Shown here piece after piece: positions 9,953-18,898 of a stretch of DNA of 32,000 nucleotides. Source of the stretch: Vibrio vulnificus CMCP6 (lineage in GTDB: Bacteria > Pseudomonadota > Gammaproteobacteria > Enterobacterales > Vibrionaceae); assembly GCF_000039765.1 (NCBI RefSeq), contig NC_004459.3, positions 1,680,001 to 1,712,000 of the forward strand. The letters run 5' to 3'. The translations under genes and the position numbers were made by a program. The first letter of the stretch is position 1, and every line of letters starts with the position of its first letter. Below the pieces are notes generated by a model. That model worked only from the letters and a program-made list of their open reading frames with translations. It did no database searches and was not told where the DNA came from.

Positions 9953-10705
9953 ATGGACATGGATGAGATGGTTTTTTACTCATTGGATGAGCTGGCGATA
10001 AAGCAAGAGATTGCTTATAAAAAAGAAAATCTTCCTACAGCAGATGTATTGTTTTCTTGGGTTTGTACGCCCAAAAGATTGTTTTTTGAGGAGTTGCATG
10101 TTTTATTGATGATTGTTGTACCTCCATTGTTGTTTATTCTTCAAATGGAAGAAGATGACAATTTTATTTATGCATTTATTTTTTTTGTAATTTTCTTTTT
10201 ATTTGGGCTTTATTATAGGTTTACCATTTTTCAACCTAAAACATACAGCTATGAACTCACTAAAGTAGGCATTCGATATACCATAGAAGAGAATGTACAT
10301 GAAAACTTTTACAAGTTCTCTCGCGCTGGAGGTAAATTAGCGGCTTTTGTCAGTGTTATTGCGGTTATATTTTTAGGGCCACTTGCATTAGCGGGAGCGG
10401 GTGCGGGGTTGCTTCACGCGAGAGCCATGTCTAATCATAGAAAAAGAACAGAGTACGAGACTCATATTATGCCAAATAGTTTTCGTGTCCGATATCATCG
10501 TGCTCGGCAGGAAGTCGCTATCAATCCAAGGCATGAGAAAGAAATGATGAGTATAGGTATATACAGTTTTGGAACTCGAGAAGACATTCACATTTCACCT
10601 GATAAATTGTATCAGTTACTCTTCTATCTAAAAAAAGAATTTGACGTAATTGATATCAAAGAGGCTAAGACACATAAGGAACTAAACAGAGAGTATCTCA
10701 ATTAG
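9953..10705 (+). CDS. Tandem membrane-protein paralog, copy 2; putative immunity protein (alternative start at 9968)
   Basis: Shares FYSLDE.AIKQEIAYKKE...LFSWVCTPKR and the invariant central segment, with divergent transmembrane and C-terminal parts. Confidence 0.65.
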   Translation: MDMDEMVFYSLDELAIKQEIAYKKENLPTADVLFSWVCTPKRLFFEELHVLLMIVVPPLLFILQMEEDDNFIYAFIFFVIFFLFGLYYRFTIFQPKTYSYELTKVGIRYTIEENVHENFYKFSRAGGKLAAFVSVIAVIFLGPLALAGAGAGLLHARAMSNHRKRTEYETHIMPNSFRVRYHRARQEVAINPRHEKEMMSIGIYSFGTREDIHISPDKLYQLLFYLKKEFDVIDIKEAKTHKELNREYLN

Positions 10706-10731
10706 ACAAAATTATCTAGGTATATCTGAAA

Positions 10732-11496
10732 ATGGATTTTTACTCATTGGATGAGCAGGCGATAAAGCAAGAGATTGCTTATAAAAAAGAAAATCTTCCT
10801 ACAGAAGATATATTATTTTCTTGGGTTTGTACGCCTAAGAGATTGTTTGGTGAGGAAGTTCTAGTTTTTGGTATGATGATCATACCTTCGCTAATCGTTG
10901 CCTTATTAGTGCCACCAACTATTGAAGATTTTGTAGTGTGGTTTGGTATTACTGTAGTTATGGTTTTACTTGGCCTCTATTTGAGGTTTACTGAGTTTCA
11001 ACCTAAAACGTATTGTTATGAACTCACTAAGGTCGGTATTCGGTATACCATAGAAGAGAATGTACATGAGAACTTTTACAAGTTTTCTCGCGCTGGAGGT
11101 AAATTAGCGGCTTTTGTCAGTGTTATTGCGGTTATATTTTTAGGGCCACTTGCATTAGCGGGAGCGGGAGCGGGAGCGGGAGCGGGAGCGGGTGCGGGGT
11201 TACTTCACGCGAGAGCTATGTCTAATCATAGAAAAAGGACAGAATACGAGGAGTATATTATTCCGAATAGTTTTCGTGTTAGGTATCAACATAGTCGCCA
11301 GCAGGTCGCATTAAACCCTAGGTTTGAGTTGGAAATGCAGGAAATAGGAGTATGGGAGATGACATCACCTCCGGGTATACATATAGACAAATCTGATCTT
11401 TATAAGTTGTTTTATTATCTTAAAAAAGAGTTTGACGTGATTGATATAAAAGAAGTCAATAGCTTTAAAGAACTTAAACTTGAATATTTAAATTAA
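10732..11496 (+). CDS. Tandem membrane-protein paralog, copy 3 (chimeric, Gly-Ala expanded); putative immunity protein
   Basis: N-terminal half nearly identical to copy 4, C-terminal half identical to copy 1; contains LAGAGAGAGAGAGAGAG. Confidence 0.65.
   Translation: MDFYSLDEQAIKQEIAYKKENLPTEDILFSWVCTPKRLFGEEVLVFGMMIIPSLIVALLVPPTIEDFVVWFGITVVMVLLGLYLRFTEFQPKTYCYELTKVGIRYTIEENVHENFYKFSRAGGKLAAFVSVIAVIFLGPLALAGAGAGAGAGAGAGLLHARAMSNHRKRTEYEEYIIPNSFRVRYQHSRQQVALNPRFELEMQEIGVWEMTSPPGIHIDKSDLYKLFYYLKKEFDVIDIKEVNSFKELKLEYLN
11161..11196 (+). repeat. In-frame hexanucleotide microsatellite (GGAGCG)5 + GGTGCG
   Basis: Five exact GGAGCG units plus a variant unit; the aligned position in copy 1 has one GGAGCG plus GGTGCG. 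Confidence 0.95.
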
Positions 11497-11545
11497 ACGA
11501 TATGTTTTTTATAGTCTACATTCCTCGGTCGGATTCTAAGTTTTT

Positions 11546-12301
11546 ATGGACATGGATGAGATGGATTTTTACTCATTGGATGAGCAGGCGATAAAGCAAG
11601 AGATTGCTTATAAAAAAGAAAGACTCCCTATAGAAGATATATTATTTTCTTGGGTTTGTACGCCTAAGAGATTGTTTGGTGAGGAAGTTCTAGTTTTTGG
11701 TATGATGATCATACCTTCGCTAATCGTTGCCTTATTAGTGCCACCAACTATTGAAGATTTTGTAGTTTGGTTTGGTATTACTATTGTTATGGTTTTACTT
11801 GGTCTCTATTTGAGGTTTACTGAGTTTCAACCTAAAACGTATTGTTACGAACTCACTAAAGTCGGTATTCGGTATACAATAGAAGAGAATGTACATGAGA
11901 ACTTTTACAAGTTTTCTCGCGCTGGAGGTAAATTAGCGGCTTTTGTCAGTGTTATTGCGGTTATATTTTTAGGGCCACTTGCATTAGCGGGAGCTGGAGC
12001 GGGATTACTTCACGCGAGAGCTATGTCTAATCATAGGAAAAGAAAAGAATACGAAAGACATATTATGCCAGATAGTTTTCGGGTTAGATACCTTCGTGAA
12101 CGTCAACAGATTGCTTTTAATCCAAGATTTGAGAGAGAAATGCGTTCAATTGGTATATGGGAGTACTCATCACCACTGGATATTTATATAGATGAATCAT
12201 TTTTATATAAACTGTTTTATTATCTTAAAAAGGACTTTAATGTTATTGATATTAAAGATGCTACTGATTATATCGAACTAAAAGCAGATTTTTTAGACTA
12301 A
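11546..12301 (+). CDS. Tandem membrane-protein paralog, copy 4; putative immunity protein (alternative start at 11561)
   Basis: Same architecture as copies 1-3, with its own C-terminal sequence. Confidence 0.65.
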   Translation: MDMDEMDFYSLDEQAIKQEIAYKKERLPIEDILFSWVCTPKRLFGEEVLVFGMMIIPSLIVALLVPPTIEDFVVWFGITIVMVLLGLYLRFTEFQPKTYCYELTKVGIRYTIEENVHENFYKFSRAGGKLAAFVSVIAVIFLGPLALAGAGAGLLHARAMSNHRKRKEYERHIMPDSFRVRYLRERQQIAFNPRFEREMRSIGIWEYSSPLDIYIDESFLYKLFYYLKKDFNVIDIKDATDYIELKADFLD

Positions 12302-12328
12302 TTATATATTTTAAAGGAAATTTTCCAG

Positions 12329-12481
12329 ATGGATTTTTACTCATTGGATGAACGGGCCATTAAGCGAGAGATTGATTATAAGAATGAAGAGATATCCAAA
12401 GCTGATGTGTTTTTTTCGTTGGTGACACTTCTGTGCCTGAAGCCAGAGTTACGTCGATATCCGAATATTGATGACTCATGA
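12329..12481 (+). pseudogene. Truncated fifth copy of the immunity paralog
   Basis: MDFYSLDERAIKREIDYKNEEISKADVFFS aligns with the first 30 residues of the paralogs, then diverges and stops at a TGA at 12479-12481; same frame stays open beyond it (NYVSLTPDPSFSWQVARFLVSYFASFLNDVRQS*). Confidence 0.75.
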
Positions 12482-12693
12482 AATTATGTATCTTTGACGC
12501 CTGACCCATCATTTAGTTGGCAAGTCGCTCGTTTTTTAGTCTCCTACTTTGCTAGTTTTCTCAATGATGTCCGACAATCTTGACCTACCGAATAGCGTGT
12601 AGGTATGAAGTGGTTTATACTACCCAGCGTCTCAACCTTCACTGTTGAGCATTTACACCTCAATACATTGCCGTCAGTCTGTCGACCAATAGG

Positions 12694-12743
12694 TCGCGAC
12701 TATTCCAAATAGCTTGCTTTCAGGCTCTTTGCACTAGTCGCGA
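12694..12743 (+). promoter_or_regulatory. Stem-loop in the pnp 5' leader
   Basis: TCGCGACTA (12694-12702) pairs perfectly with TAGTCGCGA (12735-12743), about 63 nt upstream of the pnp ATG. Confidence 0.5.
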
Positions 12744-12805
12744 TATGCAATGTTTTGAGACCTAATACCAACGTCCGAATTTATTTTCGGCAACAAGGAA
12801 TAATA

Positions 12806-14932
12806 ATGTTCGAAAAACCAGTTGTTAAAACGTTCCAGTACGGTAACCACACGGTTACTCTAGAAACTGGCGTTATCGCACGTCAAGCAACCGCTGCTGT
12901 TATGGTTACTATGGACGACACTGCAGTATTTGTTTCTGTTGTCGGTAAGAAAGAAGCAGTTCCAGGTCAGGACTTCTTCCCTCTAACCGTAAACTACCAA
13001 GAGCGTACTTACGCTGCAGGTAAAATCCCAGGTGGTTTCTTCAAGCGTGAAGGCCGTCCTTCTGAAGGTGAAACGCTGACTGCTCGTCTAATCGACCGCC
13101 CAATTCGTCCTCTATTCCCTGAGGGTTTTAATAACGAAGTACAAGTTATCGCAACGGTAGTGTCTGTTAACCCAGACGTACAGCCAGATATCCCAACAAT
13201 GATTGGTACCTCTGCAGCGCTTGCTATTTCTGGTATCCCATTCAACGGTCCTATCGGCGCGGCACGTGTTGGTCACATTGACGGTCAACTTGTACTAAAC
13301 CCAAGCAACACTGAACTAAACGCATCTCGTCTAGATCTTGTTGTTGCGGGTACTGAATCTGCAGTGCTAATGGTTGAGTCAGAAGCTGACAACCTTACTG
13401 AAGAAGAAATGCTATCTGCAGTGGTATTTGGTCACGACCAACAACAAGCAGTGATCAAAGCAATCAACGAATTCGCAGCAGAAGTTGCGACGCCATCTTG
13501 GAACTGGGTTGCTCCTGAAGCGAACACAGCTCTTAACGAGAAAGTGGCGGATCTAGCAGAAGCGAAACTTGTTGAAGCTTACAAAATTACTGAAAAGATG
13601 GCTCGTTACGACCGTATCCATGAGATTGCGGCAGAGGTTAATGCAGTTATCCTTGCTGAAGATCCAGAAGCAGATGCAAAAGAAATTCACACTATCTTCC
13701 ACGATCTTGAGAAGACGGTTGTGCGTCGTAGCATCATTGCTGGCAACCCACGTATCGATGGCCGTGAAAAAGACATGGTTCGTGCACTAGATGTACGTAC
13801 TGGCGTTCTTCCACGTACTCACGGTTCTTCACTATTCACTCGTGGTGAGACTCAGGCGCTAGTAACGGCGACGCTAGGTACTCAACGTGATGCGCAAATC
13901 ATCGACGAGCTAACGGGTGAGAAGAAAGATTACTTCCTACTGCACTACAACTTCCCTCCATACTGTGTAGGCGAAACGGGTTTTGTCGGTTCTCCGAAGC
14001 GTCGTGAAATCGGTCACGGTAAACTTGCGAAGCGTGGTATTGCTGCAGTAATGCCATCAATTGATGAGTTCCCATACACAGTACGTGTTGTTTCGGAAAT
14101 CACAGAATCTAACGGTTCATCTTCAATGGCTTCTGTATGTGGTACTTCTCTAGCGCTTATGGACGCTGGTGTGCCAATCAAGGCTTCTGTTGCTGGTATC
14201 GCAATGGGTCTGGTTAAAGAAGGCGACGATTTTGTTGTTCTTTCAGATATCCTTGGTGACGAAGACCACCTAGGCGACATGGACTTTAAAGTTGCGGGTA
14301 CTTCTACTGGTATCACTGCACTTCAAATGGACATCAAGATCGAAGGTATTACGAAAGAGATCATGCAAATTGCGCTTAACCAAGCTCAAGGCGCGCGTAA
14401 GCACATCCTATCTGTGATGGATCAAGCTATCTCTGGTGCTCGTGACGATATCTCTGAGTTCGCTCCTCGCATCCACACGATGAAGATCAGCGCAGACAAG
14501 ATCAAAGACGTTATCGGTAAAGGTGGCGCAGTGATCCGTGCTCTAACTGAAGAGACAGGCACAACCATCGAAATCGAAGATGACGGTACTATCAAGATTG
14601 CAGCAACAGAAGGTGCGGCAGCGAAAGAAGCGATCCGTCGTATTCAAGAGATCACCGCTGAAGTTGAAGTGGGCGTAATCTACACAGGTAAAGTAGCTCG
14701 CCTAGCTGATTTTGGTGCGTTCGTAACGATTCTTCCAGGTAAAGATGGTCTTGTTCACATTTCTCAAATCGCTGACAAGCGTGTAGAGAAAGTGTCTGAC
14801 TACCTAACTGAAGGTCAAGAAGTTCAAGTTAAAGTACTTGAAATCGACCGCCAAGGCCGCGTTCGTCTAAGCATGAAAGAAGCGGTAGAAAAGCCAGTTG
14901 AAGCAGAAGCGCCAGCGGCAGAAGAAGAGTAA
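12806..14932 (+). CDS. pnp: Polyribonucleotide nucleotidyltransferase
   Basis: [43 protein letters not shown]...; KH ([18 protein letters not shown]) and S1 ([26 protein letters not shown]) domains; RBS AAGGAA. Confidence 0.98.
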   Translation: MFEKPVVKTFQYGNHTVTLETGVIARQATAAVMVTMDDTAVFVSVVGKKEAVPGQDFFPLTVNYQERTYAAGKIPGGFFKREGRPSEGETLTARLIDRPIRPLFPEGFNNEVQVIATVVSVNPDVQPDIPTMIGTSAALAISGIPFNGPIGAARVGHIDGQLVLNPSNTELNASRLDLVVAGTESAVLMVESEADNLTEEEMLSAVVFGHDQQQAVIKAINEFAAEVATPSWNWVAPEANTALNEKVADLAEAKLVEAYKITEKMARYDRIHEIAAEVNAVILAEDPEADAKEIHTIFHDLEKTVVRRSIIAGNPRIDGREKDMVRALDVRTGVLPRTHGSSLFTRGETQALVTATLGTQRDAQIIDELTGEKKDYFLLHYNFPPYCVGETGFVGSPKRREIGHGKLAKRGIAAVMPSIDEFPYTVRVVSEITESNGSSSMASVCGTSLALMDAGVPIKASVAGIAMGLVKEGDDFVVLSDILGDEDHLGDMDFKVAGTSTGITALQMDIKIEGITKEIMQIALNQAQGARKHILSVMDQAISGARDDISEFAPRIHTMKISADKIKDVIGKGGAVIRALTEETGTTIEIEDDGTIKIAATEGAAAKEAIRRIQEITAEVEVGVIYTGKVARLADFGAFVTILPGKDGLVHISQIADKRVEKVSDYLTEGQEVQVKVLEIDRQGRVRLSMKEAVEKPVEAEAPAAEEE

Positions 14933-14994
14933 TCTTCACGTTGACACATACTTGTCTAGGGCTTTTCTCGCTTAAAAGCCTGAAAGCATGTTAT

Positions 14995-15021
14995 AAAGGG
15001 GAGCATTGAGCTCCCCTTTTT
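14995..15021 (+). terminator. Rho-independent terminator after pnp
   Basis: AAAGGGGAGC-attga-GCTCCCCTTTTT. Confidence 0.9.
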
Positions 15022-15052
15022 ATTTTCGCAGTCTTCACAGGAGTGCCTTTTA

Positions 15053-15961
15053 GTGAAATGGTTTCAAACCGTTAGTCTGTGTATCGCGTTGGCGACAACA
15101 GGCTGTGCATCAACCACCAGTGGCAACAAGAGTCAGTGGGTGTATCCGCCAATGGCAGTGCCATTGCAGGCGAGTGTCCAGCAAGAGGTGCAAATTGCGC
15201 GTTTGTCACAATTGCTGCAACGCACCGATCTCAGTGATGAAGTTCGTGCGAAAATGCATTACGAACGTGGTAACTACTATGACAGTGTCGGTTTGCGTGA
15301 TTTAGCCAGACTCGATTTTAATCAGTCTCTGCAGTTAAACCCTGCACAGCCAGATATCTTCAATTTATTGGGCGTCTATTTCACACAAGTGGGTGAATAT
15401 GATGCCGCTTACGAAGCATTCGACTCAACGTTAGAGCTAGATCCAAGCAATAGTTATGCGGAGCGCAATCGTGCTATCGCACTCTATTACGGCGGCCGTT
15501 TGGATCTGGCAAAAGAAGAGATGCAGAAGCATTATCAAGATGATCCGCAAGATCCGTTTCGTGTCCTTTGGCTCTACATCATTGAATCGGATCTCGATCC
15601 TGTTCAGGCCAAGGCGGATTTACTGACTCGCTATCAACAGCGCAGTGAAGAGTGGGGATGGGTGTTGGTTGCGTTAATGGGCGAGCAAGTGTCTGAGGAG
15701 CAAGCGTTCAAAGCGATCATTGATGCATCTCGTGAAAACGTGCTACTGGCGCAGCGTTTAACCGAAGTCTATTTCTATCTTGCTAAGCGCTACCAGCAGA
15801 AAGGCGACTTTGCCAATGCGATCTCATTGTATAAGTTAGCGATCTCTTTCAATGTTTATGAGTACGTTGAGCATCGCTACGCATTTTTAGAACTTGGGCA
15901 TATATATCAGCAACTTCAGTCGGAGCGACTGGCTAAGGCACAAGCGAAAAGTACGCCATAG
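15053..15961 (+). CDS. nlpI: TPR-containing lipoprotein NlpI
   Basis: Signal peptide with Cys (MKWFQTVSLCIALATTGCAS), TPR repeats, position downstream of pnp; GTG start. Confidence 0.9.
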   Translation: MKWFQTVSLCIALATTGCASTTSGNKSQWVYPPMAVPLQASVQQEVQIARLSQLLQRTDLSDEVRAKMHYERGNYYDSVGLRDLARLDFNQSLQLNPAQPDIFNLLGVYFTQVGEYDAAYEAFDSTLELDPSNSYAERNRAIALYYGGRLDLAKEEMQKHYQDDPQDPFRVLWLYIIESDLDPVQAKADLLTRYQQRSEEWGWVLVALMGEQVSEEQAFKAIIDASRENVLLAQRLTEVYFYLAKRYQQKGDFANAISLYKLAISFNVYEYVEHRYAFLELGHIYQQLQSERLAKAQAKSTP

Positions 15962-15988
15962 GCGAACAAAAAAACTCACCATTCAAAG

Positions 15989-16022
15989 CCCTCGACATCG
16001 ATGATGATCGAGGGTTTCTTTT
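15989..16022 (+). terminator. Terminator after nlpI
   Basis: CCCTCGA...TCGAGGG stem followed by TTTCTTTTCTTT. Confidence 0.7.
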
Positions 16023-16095
16023 CTTTCCCGCTTATTCACGGTGGATAAAAATGTCCTCGGCTTGTTTTAGTGGATTGCTAATTTCAATAACAAGA

Positions 16096-16126
16096 TTAAA
16101 ATAGTTAGCCTTGCTAACTATTTTAA
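16096..16126. promoter_or_regulatory. Palindromic operator upstream of marR
   Basis: TTAAAATAGTTAGC-ctt-GCTAACTATTTTAA: 14-bp perfect arms, 3-bp spacer, ends 10 bp before the marR ATG. Confidence 0.7.
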
Positions 16127-16136
16127 TGGTTGAATA

Positions 16137-16550
16137 ATGAGCCTCAGCACCCATCTCGAAAAAATGGAGCGCTTTGCGGCAAAAGTGTGGCGAAAGCACA
16201 GCAAAGACGATCCTATCTTGCAGTTGAGTTTTAGTGAATATGACTACCTGAAAGTGATTCAAAATGCGCAAGAACCGATACGCATCACGGATCTTGCGTT
16301 GGAAATGGAAGTTTCTAAACCTTCTGCGACCAATATGGTGACTCGTTTAGAGCGAAAAGGATTGGTGAGTCGAACTCATTGTCTGCATGATGCAAGAGTG
16401 AAGCGCGTGGCGCTGACAGAGAAAGCGCTGCACTATTTAGCACAGGAAGCGATGGTTTACCGCATATTGGCTGAGCAGGTCGCAGGGCAGTTGAGTGATG
16501 AAGAGCAGCAACAACTCGTCTCATTGCTCAGTAAAGCACTTACGTTTTAG
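16137..16550 (+). CDS. MarR-family transcriptional regulator
   Basis: Winged-helix signature IRITDLALEMEVSKPSATNMVTRLERKGLVSRTHCLHDARVKRVALTEKA. Confidence 0.9.
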   Translation: MSLSTHLEKMERFAAKVWRKHSKDDPILQLSFSEYDYLKVIQNAQEPIRITDLALEMEVSKPSATNMVTRLERKGLVSRTHCLHDARVKRVALTEKALHYLAQEAMVYRILAEQVAGQLSDEEQQQLVSLLSKALTF

Positions 16551-16577
16551 TTTCTTATAATCGATGTCGAGCTTTCA

Positions 16578-17912
16578 TTGATGAATACGTCTATTTATCG
16601 CCAATTTTGGCGCTATACCATACCGACCATTGCCGCCATGCTTGTGAACGGCTTATATCAAGTGGTGGATGGTATTTTTATTGGCCATTACGTTGGTGCC
16701 GCAGGGCTTGCGGGGATTAATGTGGCGTGGCCACTGATTGGCTCTATTTTGGGTATCGGTTTAATGGTGGGAGTAGGGACGGGCGCGCTGGCTTCTATCC
16801 GACTTGGTGAGAAGCAACCGCAAAAAGCGCAAGCCGTGTTGTCGACGGGCTTGGTACTGTTGCTGCTGATGAGCCCTGTGGTGTCGATTTTGCTCTGGTG
16901 TTTTGCGGATGACTTTCTGCGTTTGCAAGGCGCGCAAGGAGAGGTGTTCCAACTCGGCTTACAGTATCTCGACGTATTGGTGTTTTCTTGCTTGTTCACC
17001 TTGGGCTCGATCGCAATGCCGATTTTGCTGCGCAATGATGGTAGTCCCAATTTGGCGACGATGCTGATGGTGTTGGGGGCGATCACCAATATCGTTCTCG
17101 ACTACCTGTTTATCGGTCTATTGCAGTGGCAGTTAACGGGGGCGGCAATCGCCACAGCATTGGCTCAAATGGTGGTACTACTGGTGGGGCTCAGTTACTT
17201 TTTTTCACGCAAAGCCAAACTGCGTTTGTCGAAGCACAATTTCTCGTTTCAATGGCGTTTGTTGCCACAAATTTTCGCTATTGGGACATCAAGCTTCTTT
17301 ATGTACGCCTATGGCTCCATGATGGTGGCGCTGCACAATAGCTTGTTGCTGAGCTATGGTAGCCCAGTGTTGGTGGGGGCTTATGCGATCCTTGGTTACA
17401 TCATAGTTGTCTATTATTTGATTGCAGAAGGAATTGCCAATGGTATGCAGCCATTAGCGAGTTTCTATCATGGCGCTGGACACAGTGACAATATCAAAAA
17501 GTTACTCAAAATTGCGATGAGCTCTGCGGTGCTGACGGGCATGGTGTTTATTGGTTTATTGAATCTATTCCCTGAGCAAGTGGTGGCGGTATTTAATGCG
17601 AACGACGCTGAACTGACTCAGCACACCATTACGGGGATACGACTCCATATGTTTGCCATGTTCTTAGATGGCTTTCTGGTGGTGACAGCGGCCTACTATC
17701 AATCGGTGAACCGTGGTGGAAAGGCGTTATTCGTCAGTATTGGCAACATGATGGTGCAACTGCCGTTTCTCTTCATTATGCCTAAATTGCTCGGTATTAC
17801 TGGGGTTTGGCTGGCTTTCCCATTGTCAAATATTGCACTGACCTTAGTGGTGGCGGTTATGCTATGGCGCGATATCAAGCGAATGCCTAAAAATCAGTGG
17901 GTTGAAGCGTAG
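16578..17912 (+). CDS. MATE-family multidrug/Na+ efflux transporter
   Basis: 444 aa, about 12 hydrophobic segments, PTIAAMLVNGLYQVVDGIFIGHYVGAAGLAGINVAWPL. Confidence 0.93.
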   Translation: MMNTSIYRQFWRYTIPTIAAMLVNGLYQVVDGIFIGHYVGAAGLAGINVAWPLIGSILGIGLMVGVGTGALASIRLGEKQPQKAQAVLSTGLVLLLLMSPVVSILLWCFADDFLRLQGAQGEVFQLGLQYLDVLVFSCLFTLGSIAMPILLRNDGSPNLATMLMVLGAITNIVLDYLFIGLLQWQLTGAAIATALAQMVVLLVGLSYFFSRKAKLRLSKHNFSFQWRLLPQIFAIGTSSFFMYAYGSMMVALHNSLLLSYGSPVLVGAYAILGYIIVVYYLIAEGIANGMQPLASFYHGAGHSDNIKKLLKIAMSSAVLTGMVFIGLLNLFPEQVVAVFNANDAELTQHTITGIRLHMFAMFLDGFLVVTAAYYQSVNRGGKALFVSIGNMMVQLPFLFIMPKLLGITGVWLAFPLSNIALTLVVAVMLWRDIKRMPKNQWVEA

Positions 17913-17957
17913 GTATATGGAAGAACATCGAAGAGTAGGAAAATAGAACGGTAAGAT

Positions 17958-17990
17958 AACAAAGAGGGTGCAAGCCCTCTTTGTTGTTTT
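17958..17990. terminator. Terminator stem-loop between the MATE gene and ubiV
   Basis: AACAAAGAGGG-tgcaag-CCCTCTTTGTT then GTTTT. Confidence 0.75.
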
Positions 17991-18002
17991 AACGGGATAA
18001 AG

Positions 18003-18881
18003 CTAGAGATTTTTCACCTCTAGGCCTGCAATTTGGTGCCAGTAGCCATTGCATTGACGGTCTTCGATTTGACGCGGCTGTGCGCCTTGTTCGTTGGCGC
18101 GAAATTGATCGACGGTCGTAAATGTCTCTAACCCTAATGGGCTGACACGCACCACATCCACCAATCCTTGCATGGCAGGGAGATCATTAATCAGGTTGTA
18201 GCAGTAACCGGATTGCGTCTGGATGCCATTGAGATTGAATACCGCTTGGCCTTCTTGGCTGTGCACTTGAATGCCCGTTGGGTATTTGATGCAGCAGGTT
18301 TCACAATCGTCTTTGGCTTTGTTTTCTGCACGGGCGGTAAAGCAGCGTGCGGAATAGGCGAGCGGCAAATAGCCATGGCTAAAGACTTCTACGTCAAATT
18401 GGTTGCGAATGCCCACTTCATCGCATTGGGTTAATACGTTTTGCAGCCATTCACGAGACAGCTCGACAGGCATGCACCAACGAATCATCCCTTGTTTAAG
18501 GAACAATTTAAGCGTGTGCGCATTGTATGTGTTGACTGCTGGGCCTACAACAAAGGGAACACGCTTTTCAAACGCCAACTGAATAGCCGATACGTCGTTC
18601 GCTTCAATGGCAAAGTCACCATTGTCGATGTACTTTTTCATCACGTTGACTTCGCTTGGGGCTTCGAGCAGTGCCATGGTAGAAAGCACCACTTGCTTGC
18701 CTGCACTGGAAAGCTCTTTCGCCAACTCAAACCAGTGCGCGGGTTTCATTTCACGGCGTTTAGAGCAGACCGATTCCCCCAAATAGATGATGTCGGCAGA
18801 GCTGTTTTTCGCTTGATGGTAAAAGTCTTCAACGTTCTGTTTGGGCCAGAAGTAAAGTAGCGGACCGAGTGAGTATTTCAT
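18003..18881 (-). CDS. ubiV: U32-family protein UbiV (O2-independent ubiquinone biosynthesis)
   Basis: [45 protein letters not shown]...; adjacent to ubiU. Start trimmed from 18974. Confidence 0.9.
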   Translation of the reverse strand: MKYSLGPLLYFWPKQNVEDFYHQAKNSSADIIYLGESVCSKRREMKPAHWFELAKELSSAGKQVVLSTMALLEAPSEVNVMKKYIDNGDFAIEANDVSAIQLAFEKRVPFVVGPAVNTYNAHTLKLFLKQGMIRWCMPVELSREWLQNVLTQCDEVGIRNQFDVEVFSHGYLPLAYSARCFTARAENKAKDDCETCCIKYPTGIQVHSQEGQAVFNLNGIQTQSGYCYNLINDLPAMQGLVDVVRVSPLGLETFTTVDQFRANEQGAQPRQIEDRQCNGYWHQIAGLEVKNL

Positions 18882-18898
18882 CTTGTTTCCTTGAATCC

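Noticed and set aside
11161-11196. Short direct repeats considered as a CRISPR-like or phase-variation tract
   Set aside because: Units are 6 bp without spacers, so not CRISPR. Unit length is a multiple of 3, so slippage would not switch the gene on or off; kept only as a length-variation finding.
5391-12540. Interpretation of the island as a phage-defence or restriction-modification system
   Set aside because: No nuclease, methyltransferase, helicase, reverse transcriptase or STAND motifs. PAAR/MIX-like features with membrane-protein paralogs fit interbacterial competition better.
13009-14316. ORFs within pnp on other frames (13009..13245 -, 13569..13790 +, 14014..14316 -)
   Set aside because: Overlap highly conserved PNPase coding sequence; no independent support.
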